A stretch of 39,074 nt of DNA from Dehalococcoidia bacterium (lineage in GTDB: Bacteria > Chloroflexota > Dehalococcoidia > GIF9 > AB-539-J10). Positions 25,800 to 33,238 of the stretch are shown in pieces. The DNA lies in NCBI GenBank assembly GCA_022866545.1, contig JALHUO010000041.1, positions 1 through 39,074 of the forward strand, given 5' to 3'. Each line of letters starts with the position of its first letter. Position 1 is the stretch's first letter. The position numbers and the translations under genes are program-made. The notes beneath the pieces are model-generated. The model ran no database searches. It saw nothing but the letters and a program-made list of their open reading frames with translations, and was not told the origin of the DNA.

Positions 25800-26162
25800 T
25801 CAGACATTATTGGAGCGCGTAACGATATTGAGTTTGTTGCCATTTATACATTGCTCAGAAGATCTCGTCGAGCTCGGGTCTATGACTTCGAAGTTGGTGT
25901 TAATACGGGTGTTAATTGAACGTGGAAACTCGCGAAATTCATCGTTTCGGTGTACTTTTCTTGCGTTTGCATTAATAGCCCGAGCGAGCTGGCGCACTGA
26001 TTCGCAGGAGTTGACTGAAACTGCTGTGAATGACTGGTTATCTTGTCTCTGTTTCACCCCTGGGGCTTGCCGGACAAGGTGAAGGTTCCCAGAATTGTCG
26101 CGTGCTGCTCGGGGATGGTTGAGGGACAAGGTGCAAAGAGCCAGTGTCGGGATGACCGTCAT
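25800..26162 (-). CDS. Hypothetical protein (~120 aa from the internal ATG), possibly translationally coupled to the upstream 82-aa gene
   Basis: The minus-strand ORF is open from 26186. The ATG at 26162-26160 overlaps the upstream TAA (26164-26162) as TAATG. The sequence is low-complexity (N/R/S-rich) with no recognisable family, so coding status is uncertain. Confidence 0.3.
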   Translation of the reverse strand: MTVIPTLALCTLSLNHPRAARDNSGNLHLVRQAPGVKQRQDNQSFTAVSVNSCESVRQLARAINANARKVHRNDEFREFPRSINTRINTNFEVIDPSSTRSSEQCINGNKLNIVTRSNNV

Positions 26163-26410
26163 TATTGCTTGATCTTGCGGAACCATCTGTCTATATCAAG
26201 TAGGGGCGGCTTCTTCATCTCATACCTGTCGACGTTGCTGTCTGGAACGGGCAGATTGTACTCATGGCACAGTCCCAGTTTAAGAAGCCTGTACGTTGCC
26301 TCAACGAGTGTGAGTTGTCGCTCGGTGGCGTATAAAAGTACTACCTGGTGGACACCCTCTGATACAATCAGGTGGCGGCCTTTGTTTCTGGGGATGACAT
26401 ATCTTTCCAT
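26162..26410 (-). CDS. Hypothetical small protein (82 aa)
   Basis: AGGAAGG lies 7 nt upstream of the ATG on the minus strand. The composition looks globular (MERYVIPRNKGRHLIVSEGVHQVVLLYATERQLTLVEATYRLLKLG...). I recognise no family. Confidence 0.55.
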   Translation of the reverse strand: MERYVIPRNKGRHLIVSEGVHQVVLLYATERQLTLVEATYRLLKLGLCHEYNLPVPDSNVDRYEMKKPPLLDIDRWFRKIKQ

Positions 26411-26635
26411 GGGCTAACCTTCCTGTCTTTTCGACAGAGCGATTTCAGTGGATGTACAGGTGCCATAACTCTTCATTACCGGAGGTTTTCATGATTTATA
26501 GCCTACAATGGGCTTGGGCGATCTTGTACAACTTAGTACGACGTTGGCATCATTTCCGGGGGATGCTTGGGGGATTTTGCACCCTACTAGCCTGATTGGA
26601 ATACATCATGCCACCTTAGTATAATGGAGGCATAT

Positions 26636-27127
26636 ATGGAAGCTGTTCGTGACACAAACGGGAAAGTAATTAAAAGGTGTTCCCGGTGTGGGACACGGCT
26701 GACCCGGTATAATCCCGGCACACTCTGCTTTGTCTGCCAGAGGAAGGAGTCCGAAAGACTAGCGACTGGTGACAGGCCTTACTGTGATGTCGAAGACATG
26801 TCCGGTATACTTGGTCTGGGGGGTGAACAGGTGAGGCGGCTGGGGCGGAAGGGCAGGCTACCTCCCAGGATTCCGGCAGTGAGAAGGTGGTTGTGGCGTA
26901 AGGAGGTTGTTGAGCAGTGGATAGAATCGGAGGGCGTGCTGCCCGAGGGATTTGCTGAGCGGCTGGCAGCCCTGGAAGATATCCATGGTGATGCGCACTT
27001 TGACGACATAAACGGGAAGTGGAAGGTGGGCAGGCCCGAAGTGGTATCGCCCATCGTCTCCGACCACAGCGGGTCTAAGACCGTAGTCTATACCGCCGTC
27101 ATGTCTGAGCACTCTGAATCCCCCTAG
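26636..27127 (+). CDS. Zinc-ribbon + excisionase/MerR-type HTH DNA-binding protein (Xis-like)
   Basis: GGAGG (26626-26630) lies 5 nt before ATG 26636 (the ORF track starts at 26624). There are two CxxC pairs (RCSRCG...LCFVCQ). The HTH-like segment YCDVEDMSGILGLGGEQVRRLGRKGRLPP....RWLWRKEVVEQWI is typical of the excisionase family. The gene is convergent with the adjacent integrase. Confidence 0.6.
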   Translation: MEAVRDTNGKVIKRCSRCGTRLTRYNPGTLCFVCQRKESERLATGDRPYCDVEDMSGILGLGGEQVRRLGRKGRLPPRIPAVRRWLWRKEVVEQWIESEGVLPEGFAERLAALEDIHGDAHFDDINGKWKVGRPEVVSPIVSDHSGSKTVVYTAVMSEHSESP

Positions 27128-27245
27128 CCCCCCTATTAGAAGTTTGAAGGGGATGCACTGGATCAGCTCTTGGTCAGTTCTTCTCGTTCGCAGTGCTGTG
27201 GTAATGCCAGGGTGTTGGGGGTATGGTTTTGGGAGGTCAGGGGAG

Positions 27246-28175
27246 CTAGATCTTCAACCTGTCGGCGACCCCGAACTTTAGGTGTGCTGCCCTCACGTCG
27301 CTGTCCGCGAGGTTGCAGTAGTGTCTGGTCATCTGAAGGCTGCTGTGCCCCAGTTTCTTCTGCAGGGTGAACGGATCACCTCCATTTCTGAGGTACATCA
27401 CCGAGCTCGTGTGTCTTAGCTTGTGAGGATAGCACCTGGGAAGGCCTGCCTTTCTGCCGTGGGTGCCGATGATCTTTTCTACCCGGTTTGGCGTGAGCGG
27501 CTGCCCGTCCTGTGTCAGCCAGAACCTGTCATTGCCCACGGCCTGGTGGCGGTGATTCAGCTGGTATTTGAGCAGCGCCTTGGCCACCTTCTGCCCGATG
27601 GGCAGGTAGCGCTCCCTTTTGTCCTTGCCCAGCACTCTAATATAGCCATTCTCGAGGTCGATATCGCCCACAGACATATTGACAAGCTCCGAGAGCCTGG
27701 CCGAGGTATCCAGATACGTCAACATCAGCGTGTAATCCGTGAAACCGATATCCGTCTTTCTGTCGGGATTGGCCAGAAGCCTCTGGATTTCCTGCTCGGA
27801 GAACGTGGGCACGACCTTTGTGGGCGCCCTGGGCATTCTGACGCTGGCCACAGGATTGGCCTCGATGAGTCCCTCACTCAAAAGGGAACCAAAAAATGCC
27901 CTGATGCCCCGGCAGTAGGTCTGGATAGACAGGGCCGAGATTTTCGTCTCCTGCGGCCTGTTGAAGGGGTGGTTCCGGAACTTGCCGGTGTTCTGTAGCG
28001 TGATGATGAATCGTCTCAGGTCATCGGCTGTGATGGATGAGATATCGGGATCGCCGCCCAGAAACCTGGCGAAATATCCCACGCTCGAGGTCACCCAGCC
28101 GATCGTTCTGGGGCTCTTGCCTTCGGCTTTGGCACAGATCCTGTAAGCTGTCAGGGCGTCGGAGATTCTGGTCAC
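27246..28175 (-). CDS. Tyrosine-type site-specific integrase (phage integrase family)
   Basis: It has an N-terminal SAM-like core-binding domain. The catalytic signature is TSARLSEL (Arg), HKLRHT (His-x-x-Arg) and LGHSSLQMTRHY (His...Tyr). The GTG start is preceded by GGGAGG. The gene lies 116 nt from the 3' end of tRNA-Arg. Confidence 0.93.
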   Translation of the reverse strand: MTRISDALTAYRICAKAEGKSPRTIGWVTSSVGYFARFLGGDPDISSITADDLRRFIITLQNTGKFRNHPFNRPQETKISALSIQTYCRGIRAFFGSLLSEGLIEANPVASVRMPRAPTKVVPTFSEQEIQRLLANPDRKTDIGFTDYTLMLTYLDTSARLSELVNMSVGDIDLENGYIRVLGKDKRERYLPIGQKVAKALLKYQLNHRHQAVGNDRFWLTQDGQPLTPNRVEKIIGTHGRKAGLPRCYPHKLRHTSSVMYLRNGGDPFTLQKKLGHSSLQMTRHYCNLADSDVRAAHLKFGVADRLKI

Positions 28176-28291
28176 AATTGCCTCCCTGTGCTTACAGTTT
28201 AGAGGGATTCCCGGGACTCTTATACGACTTTGTGCGACATTCGGTGCACGGCTGTTCTTTTCTGTAAAAGCAGTTGGTCTGGCCAGCTTGG

Positions 28292-28368
28292 TGGAGTCCC
28301 TGGAGGGATTCGAACCCTCGACCCGCTGCTTAGAAGGCAGCCGCTCTGTCCAGCTGAGCTACAGGGAC
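28292..28368 (-). tRNA. tRNA-Arg (anticodon TCT), 77 nt with encoded CCA
   Basis: The reverse complement folds by hand as a cloverleaf: GTCCCTG-TA-GCTC-AGCTGGACA-GAGC-G-GCTGC-CTTCTAA-GCAGC-GGGTC-GAGGG-TTCGAAT-CCCTC-CAGGGAC-T-CCA. All four stems are fully paired, and the T-loop (TTCGAAT) and D-loop are canonical. Confidence 0.93.
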
Positions 28369-28421
28369 AATGAAACTAAGTATAGCACGATAGGACTGGG
28401 ATAATAAGAATGAAGGATGAG

Positions 28422-28541
28422 CTAGCCTTTGTGAGTCTGTGCCACATGCTTCTGCCAGCATTTCTCGTGCACATAGACAGCACATTTGGCGCAGCGATAG
28501 ATTCGAACCCTGGTTTCTTTGCCACAGACAGGAAATTTCAT
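28422..28541 (-). CDS. Small Cys/His-rich zinc-ribbon-like protein (39 aa), below the ORF-track cutoff; paralog of the N-terminus of CDS 28793..29047
   Basis: The minus-strand translation is MKFPVCGKETRVRIYRCAKCAVYVHEKCWQKHVAQTHKG*. Its ATG (28541-28539) overlaps the FmdB-like TGA (28540-28538) as ATGA. The pattern C..C-x(1,2)-C-x4-H-xx-CW-xx-HV-xQ-xH matches the 84-aa protein. Confidence 0.6.
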   Translation of the reverse strand: MKFPVCGKETRVRIYRCAKCAVYVHEKCWQKHVAQTHKG

Positions 28542-28780
28542 GACTTGCTACCCCCGTTATTCTTCCTGCTAGAGCCTTCAGAACCAGTCCCTTTTCCCCC
28601 TTCTGCCCTGGAGTCAGTCACATAAAAGCCGGGGCCGTTAAATATGATGGGGACGGCACAGAAGATGCGACGGGCAATTCCGTGACAGCTAGGACAATCA
28701 GCCACTGGTTTATCATCAAAGCTCTGCTTAAGCTCAAATTGCAGGCTGCAATTCAGGCAGCGATATTGATAGGTAGGCAT
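28538..28780 (-). CDS. FmdB-family zinc-ribbon putative regulatory protein (CxxC_CxxC_SSSS)
   Basis: MPTYQYRCLNCSLQFELKQSFDDKPVADCPSCHG...RIF is the canonical FmdB N-terminal signature. The tail is Gly/Ser-rich. Confidence 0.9.
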   Translation of the reverse strand: MPTYQYRCLNCSLQFELKQSFDDKPVADCPSCHGIARRIFCAVPIIFNGPGFYVTDSRAEGGKGTGSEGSSRKNNGGSKS

Positions 28781-28792
28781 GTGTATCCTCCG

Positions 28793-29047
28793 TTACTCCA
28801 GAAGAGGTGCCTTGTGTTCTTTGGAGCTTGGCTCCCCAGAGACCTGCGCTCTGGCGACCTGCGTCTCTATTCTGTTCTCCTTTGCTTTGAATTCGCCATC
28901 CAAATTGACGCTACCTACCTCAAAGGACGGACGATGAGCCTGCAATACGTGCTCATCCCAGCAGTAGGCGTGTATAAAGGCACCACACGAACAATGGAAA
29001 ACAGCCCTGTCATAAATTAATGGATTTCCGCACACAGTGCAATTCAT
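28793..29047 (-). CDS. Small Cys/His-rich zinc-finger-like protein (84 aa), function unknown
   Basis: AGGAGGG lies 6 nt upstream of the ATG. The N-terminus reads MNCTVCGNPLIYDRAVFHCSCGAFIHAYCWDEHVLQAHRP. It is the first gene of a three-gene minus-strand mini-operon. Confidence 0.7.
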   Translation of the reverse strand: MNCTVCGNPLIYDRAVFHCSCGAFIHAYCWDEHVLQAHRPSFEVGSVNLDGEFKAKENRIETQVARAQVSGEPSSKEHKAPLLE

Positions 29048-29064
29048 CTACTTCCCTCCTATAA

Positions 29065-29101
29065 TATCACCCCTGAAGAACTAGGTTCTTCAGGGGTGAT
29101 A
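29065..29101 (-). promoter_or_regulatory. Perfect 17-bp inverted repeat (3-nt loop) in the predicted 5' UTR, ending 5 nt upstream of the SD of CDS 28793..29047
   Basis: TATCACCCCTGAAGAAC-TAG-GTTCTTCAGGGGTGATA. Every position from 29065/29101 to 29081/29085 pairs. It lies between divergent genes. Confidence 0.6.
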
Positions 29102-29128
29102 ATTAGCACTCTCGACATCAGATTGCCA

Positions 29129-29157
29129 ATTATAGCGCACTGCTAGAGTTTCATCAA
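29129..29157 (-). promoter_or_regulatory. Sigma70-like promoter for the minus-strand zinc-ribbon operon
   Basis: On the minus strand: TTGATG (29157-29152), a 17-nt spacer, then TATAAT (29134-29129). This predicts a ~75-nt leader that contains the hairpin. Confidence 0.45.
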
Positions 29158-29244
29158 ACTTTCGGGTGGTAGCTATCCAGTATGTTATAGCTATGTTTGG
29201 CCATTTCACGTGAGATTTTTGCAGTGGGCACAAATCTTACGCAG

Positions 29245-29274
29245 TTGACAATATGTTTTTCTAGCCGTTAATAT
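29245..29274 (+). promoter_or_regulatory. Sigma70-like promoter for the polyprenyl synthase operon, predicting a (near-)leaderless mRNA
   Basis: TTGACA (29245-29250), a 17-18-nt spacer, then TTAATAT (29268-29274). ATG 29287 starts 13 nt after the -10 element and no SD lies between them. Confidence 0.45.
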
Positions 29275-29286
29275 GGACTCATTCCT

Positions 29287-30321
29287 ATGGCTGTAAAACA
29301 TAGGCTGCCTGGGTCGTTCATATCCTATCGCAGGGCACTGCGAGTTGAGTTAAGGAAGGCTATCGATAGCTGTCCTTCGGCTCTTGGTAGTATACTGCGC
29401 TATCATATGGGCTGGCAGGATGAGCACGGGCATTCCTGTATCAGGGAATCGGGAAAATTCATCCGCTCTACTCTTTGCCTTCTTTGCTGCCAAGCGGTGG
29501 GAGGTGATACGTCGCAGGTAATGCCCGCCGCGGCAGCCGTCGAACTCATCCACAATTTCTCCTTAATCCATGACGATATCGAAGATGCTAGCTACGAACG
29601 TCATCACCGGCCAACTGTATGGAAATTGTGGGGTCAGTCTCAAGCGATAAACGCCGGCGATGCCATGTTCAGTCTGGCTTATTTAGCGTTACTCAGACTG
29701 AAAGAAAAGGGAATAGCTGATGAAAAGATTGTCAGTTCCACTGAAATGTTGAGCCTGGCTTGTTTGGACCTTTGTGAAGGACAATACCTGGACGTCGACT
29801 ATGAGAATCGCCTCGACACCACTGTAGAGGATTACCTTGACATGGCAGCCAAGAAAACAGCAGCCTTGTTTGCCCTATCAACGTCGATGGGCGCATACTT
29901 GGGTAGCCAGGATAGCAAGTTGGTGGATTCCTTTCACCTATTCGGCAAAGAATTAGGTATAGCCTATCAGATTTGTGACGACATATTGGGAATCTGGGGA
30001 GGAGAGGAGAGCGTTGGTAAATCTGTCACCGATATCTCACAAAGGAAGAAGACTTTGCCCGTAGTTTACGGACTGCGAAATAGCAGGGGTGAGGCAAGAA
30101 AGAAGTTGGAAGGACTCTATTCCCAGAAATCGATTGAGGGCGACGAGATAGCTGAGGTTACGAAGATTCTGGACCATCTGGGCGCCAAAGATTACGCTGA
30201 GAATCTGGCTGAACGATACTATGACAAAGCTCTGGCAGAGGTCGAGGCTACCGGGCTTGACAGGTCCGGGCAAGCTCCGCTTAAGGAGACAGCCTGCTTT
30301 CTATTGAAGCGCGACTTCTAG
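29287..30321 (+). CDS. Polyprenyl diphosphate synthase (trans-isoprenyl diphosphate synthase family; chain length not determinable)
   Basis: The first Asp-rich motif is LIHDDIED..RHHRPT and the second is YQICDDILG. Confidence 0.9.
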   Translation: MAVKHRLPGSFISYRRALRVELRKAIDSCPSALGSILRYHMGWQDEHGHSCIRESGKFIRSTLCLLCCQAVGGDTSQVMPAAAAVELIHNFSLIHDDIEDASYERHHRPTVWKLWGQSQAINAGDAMFSLAYLALLRLKEKGIADEKIVSSTEMLSLACLDLCEGQYLDVDYENRLDTTVEDYLDMAAKKTAALFALSTSMGAYLGSQDSKLVDSFHLFGKELGIAYQICDDILGIWGGEESVGKSVTDISQRKKTLPVVYGLRNSRGEARKKLEGLYSQKSIEGDEIAEVTKILDHLGAKDYAENLAERYYDKALAEVEATGLDRSGQAPLKETACFLLKRDF

Positions 30322-30329
30322 GAGGTAAA

Positions 30330-31520
30330 GTGCCGAAAAAGACTGTTGAAGATATAGAGGTTAAAGGCAAAAAGGTCCTACTCAGAGTCGACTTTAATGT
30401 CCCACTAAAGATAAACACTGGCGCCATTAGTGACGATAGCCGCATCCGGGCTTCGCTACCTACCGTCAGATATCTCGTTGACCATAAAGCCAAGGTAATT
30501 ATCTGCTCTCATCTGGGACGGCCTGAAGGCAAGGTCGTGGAGAATTTGCGAATGGCGCCAATAGCGGAGAGGTTATCGCAACTCATGGGATTGCCCGTGA
30601 GCACGGCATCCGATTGTATAGGCCGGGAAGTGGAAAGCAAGGTAGGGACACTCAAAGAGGGTGATATTCTAGTTTTGGAGAATCTGCGCTTTCATCCTGA
30701 AGAGGAGGAAGATGATGCTGGGTTCGCACGGAAGCTGGCCAGTCTAGCCGATATTTATGTTAATGATGCCTTCGGCACTGCTCACCGGGCTCACGCCTCT
30801 ACCGTGGGTGTAGCCAAGTACTTGCCAGCGGTGGCTGGCTTTTTGATGAATAAAGAACTGGCGGTCATGGAGAAGCTCTTGCATAATCCCGAGCGGCCCT
30901 GGGTCTGCCTGATAGGCGGTGCCAAGGTGAGCGACAAGATAGAGCTGCTGCAGAACATGTTAAAGAAGGTCGACATGTTGTTGGTTGGCGGCGGCATGGC
31001 CGCTACTTTCTTAAACACGCAAGGATACGAAGTAGGGCATTCCTTGATAGAGGGTGATAAATTGGGCCTAGCCAAGAAATTACTACAGGAAGCTAAGGAG
31101 TGGGGGGTGCCATTTCTACTTCCCATTGATGCAGTTGTGGCGGAAGAAATCAGAGTCGGAGCCCCGACTAGGGTAGTGCCAACAAGTAGCATACCGGCGG
31201 GTAGCCATATCGTAGATATTGGTCCTAAATCTATTGAGCTTTTTCATGGTGAGCTAAGAAGATGTCGTACCATCATGTGGAATGGCCCTATGGGGATTTA
31301 TGAAATACCTCAATTTGCTCAAGGAACCAAGTCTATAGCCAAGTTTCTATCAACCCTTAATGCTACTACTATAATTGGTGGTGGTTCCTCTGCCGAGGTA
31401 GTTGAAGCGATGGGATTAACTGATAAGATGACCCATGTTTCCACGGGAGGAGGTGCCAGCCTGAGATTTCTGGAGGGCGTTACCCTACCTGGCGTGAAAG
31501 TCTTATTAGATAAGAAATAG
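30330..31520 (+). CDS. pgk: Phosphoglycerate kinase
   Basis: The GTG start lies 4 nt after GGAGG. Motifs: KKVLLRVDFNVPL, HLGRPEG, and a full-length C-terminal domain (GGGASLRFLEG). Confidence 0.97.
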   Translation: MPKKTVEDIEVKGKKVLLRVDFNVPLKINTGAISDDSRIRASLPTVRYLVDHKAKVIICSHLGRPEGKVVENLRMAPIAERLSQLMGLPVSTASDCIGREVESKVGTLKEGDILVLENLRFHPEEEEDDAGFARKLASLADIYVNDAFGTAHRAHASTVGVAKYLPAVAGFLMNKELAVMEKLLHNPERPWVCLIGGAKVSDKIELLQNMLKKVDMLLVGGGMAATFLNTQGYEVGHSLIEGDKLGLAKKLLQEAKEWGVPFLLPIDAVVAEEIRVGAPTRVVPTSSIPAGSHIVDIGPKSIELFHGELRRCRTIMWNGPMGIYEIPQFAQGTKSIAKFLSTLNATTIIGGGSSAEVVEAMGLTDKMTHVSTGGGASLRFLEGVTLPGVKVLLDKK

Positions 31521-31534
31521 CAGGAGGCTGTTAA

Positions 31535-32308
31535 ATGCGCATTCCTTTTGTTGCTGGCAACTGGAAAATGAATACCACGGCGACTGAAGCCGAACGGTTT
31601 GTTCTCGAAATGCTTGAGAGATTAGACAACATAAAAGGGGTGGAAAAGGTACTTTGTCCGCCATTCGTATCTCTGGTTGGCATAAGTATGATGCTTCAGG
31701 GTTCATCTATTAAGCTCGGTGCCCAGAATATGTTTTTTGAGGCCAAAGGGGCTTACACTGGTGAAATATCCCCGCTGATGCTGAGCGAGTTGTGTGAATT
31801 TGTCATACTGGGACACTCTGAGCGTAGATGGTACTTTGGGGAAACTGACGAGCAGGTCAGCAAGAAGGTTAAGGCAGCTGTGGCGAACAAGCTTAAGCCT
31901 ATCTTGTGTGTCGGCGAGAGACTTGAAGAGAACGAAGCTGGCAAGACAAAAGAGGTGGTTGGCAGGCAGGTGACAGCAGCTTTGAGTGGCACAGAACCTG
32001 TCCGTGATCTGGTGATTGCCTACGAGCCAGTTTGGGCTATAGGCACGGGTAAGGCGGCCACTGTCAAACAGGCGGCAACTGCTATCCAGTTTATTCGTGA
32101 CGTCGTGGGTAAGCTGTGGAACAAGAGCATAGCCCAGGATCTACGGATCCTTTATGGTGGCAGCGTTACTAGTGCCAACATTGACGAGTTTATTTCCGAT
32201 CCTGAAATCGATGGTGCCCTGGTCGGCGGCGCCAGCCTCAAAGCGGAGGAATTCGTGGGTATTGTCGAGAAAACCGCTGAAATCAAAGGACGAACAAGTA
32301 GTCAGTAG
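31535..32308 (+). CDS. tpiA: Triosephosphate isomerase
   Basis: AGGAGG lies upstream. Motifs: AGNWKMN, GHSERR, YEPVWAIGTG. Confidence 0.97.
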   Translation: MRIPFVAGNWKMNTTATEAERFVLEMLERLDNIKGVEKVLCPPFVSLVGISMMLQGSSIKLGAQNMFFEAKGAYTGEISPLMLSELCEFVILGHSERRWYFGETDEQVSKKVKAAVANKLKPILCVGERLEENEAGKTKEVVGRQVTAALSGTEPVRDLVIAYEPVWAIGTGKAATVKQAATAIQFIRDVVGKLWNKSIAQDLRILYGGSVTSANIDEFISDPEIDGALVGGASLKAEEFVGIVEKTAEIKGRTSSQ

Positions 32309-32311
32309 CTA

Positions 32312-33238
32312 GTGATCGCCATCGTTGGTCCCACCGCCGTAGGGAAAAGTGAGCTTGCTCTGCAACTTGCTCAATACTTTTCCCTGGAGATAATAAGTGC
32401 TGATAGCCGGCAGGTCTGTCGGTATATGGATATCGGCACTAGTAAGCCAACTCTGGCTGAGAGGGCAGCGGTCCCTCACCATGTCATTGATGTAGTCGAG
32501 CCCGACCAGGATTTTAGCCTGACTATGTATCACCAGCTAGCCTTTGAGGCGCTGAAAGCCATTCAAAAGAAAGGCAAATTGCCACTACTGGTTGGTGGCA
32601 GCGGCCTTTATGTGTGGTCGCTGATAGAAGGTTGGACAATACCCCAGGTGCCACCTGACCGAGAAATGAGACGCCGGTTGGAAGCCAGAGCAGAGCAAGA
32701 AGGTAGCCAACGCCTTTATCAGGAATTGCAGGATATTGACCCTGTGGCGGCTGAAAGGATCAATCCTAGTAATATCCGACGCATAATCAGGGCTCTAGAA
32801 ATCTATCGCACGACAGGGCAGCCTCCTTCTCAACTACAACGTAAAGAAGAGCCAGGTTTCTCCATTCTACTGATTGGTTTGACTTGCGAAAGAAGTGAGC
32901 TATATCGAAAGATTGATTTGAGGGTTGATGGAATGATGCAAAGGGGATTTGCTGAAGAAGTAGAGCAGCTATTGAAGAAAGGCTACAGCCCTTCGTTGCC
33001 ATCTATGTCAGGGATAGGTTACAGGCAGATAGGCCAGTTTCTTCGGGGCGAGATGACTTTGCCCGAGGCTATTGATAGAATGAAATATGAAACTCATAGA
33101 CTGGCTCGTCACCAGTATGCTTGGTTTCGCCTCAGCGATAGCAGGATTCGCTGGTTTGATGTGAGTAAGACAGAAGGAAAAGCCAGCATTGTGGCCCTGA
33201 ACGAAGCCAAGGCTCTCATAGAAGGCTTCAGATCATGA
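32312..33238 (+). CDS. miaA: tRNA dimethylallyltransferase
   Basis: The P-loop IVGPTAVGKSELA sits at the N-terminus with a GTG start. Other motifs are ADSRQVCRYMDIGTSKP and LVGGSGLY. Confidence 0.94.
   Translation: MIAIVGPTAVGKSELALQLAQYFSLEIISADSRQVCRYMDIGTSKPTLAERAAVPHHVIDVVEPDQDFSLTMYHQLAFEALKAIQKKGKLPLLVGGSGLYVWSLIEGWTIPQVPPDREMRRRLEARAEQEGSQRLYQELQDIDPVAAERINPSNIRRIIRALEIYRTTGQPPSQLQRKEEPGFSILLIGLTCERSELYRKIDLRVDGMMQRGFAEEVEQLLKKGYSPSLPSMSGIGYRQIGQFLRGEMTLPEAIDRMKYETHRLARHQYAWFRLSDSRIRWFDVSKTEGKASIVALNEAKALIEGFRS

Larger units (their letters stand above)
26636..28291. mobile_element. Integrase/excisionase module of an integrative element inserted at, or abutting, the 3' end of tRNA-Arg(TCT); the far boundary was not identified
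   Basis: The arrangement is classical: the tRNA 3' end faces the int gene, with an xis-like gene next to it. I found no second copy of the tRNA 3' segment in the window, so the extent is unknown. The element may be a remnant, or it may extend left through the giant-gene cluster. Confidence 0.5.

Noticed and set aside
25313-26082. The plus-strand ORFs 25313-25531 (72 aa) and 25783-26082 (99 aa) might be genes.
   Set aside because: They have no SD, their composition is Cys/Arg/Ser-rich and unlike real proteins, and the second overlaps a minus-strand ORF that at least shows translational coupling. There is not enough evidence to call either.
26491-26595. A 34-codon ORF (MIYSLQWAWAILYNLVRRWHHFRGMLGGFCTLLA) with GGAGG 5 nt upstream might be a hydrophobic type-I-toxin-like peptide.
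   Set aside because: The SD spacing is good, but there is no other support: no recognisable family and no antisense RNA features that I can see. It is left unannotated pending conservation or Ribo-seq evidence.
28202-28210. A 9-nt match (GAGGGATTC) to the tRNA T-stem lies 101 nt from the tRNA, between the integrase start and the tRNA.
   Set aside because: It is too short to distinguish from chance in 39 kb and does not include the acceptor or 3' end. It cannot be called an att site without comparative data.
28499-28510. A 12-nt match (GATTCGAACCCT) to the tRNA-Arg T-arm might be a possible att or tRNA remnant.
   Set aside because: It lies on the 5' side of the tRNA, which is the wrong side for an integrase-proximal att duplicate. 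The similarity does not extend beyond 12 nt. It sits inside the conserved-looking 39-codon ORF (codons RVRI).
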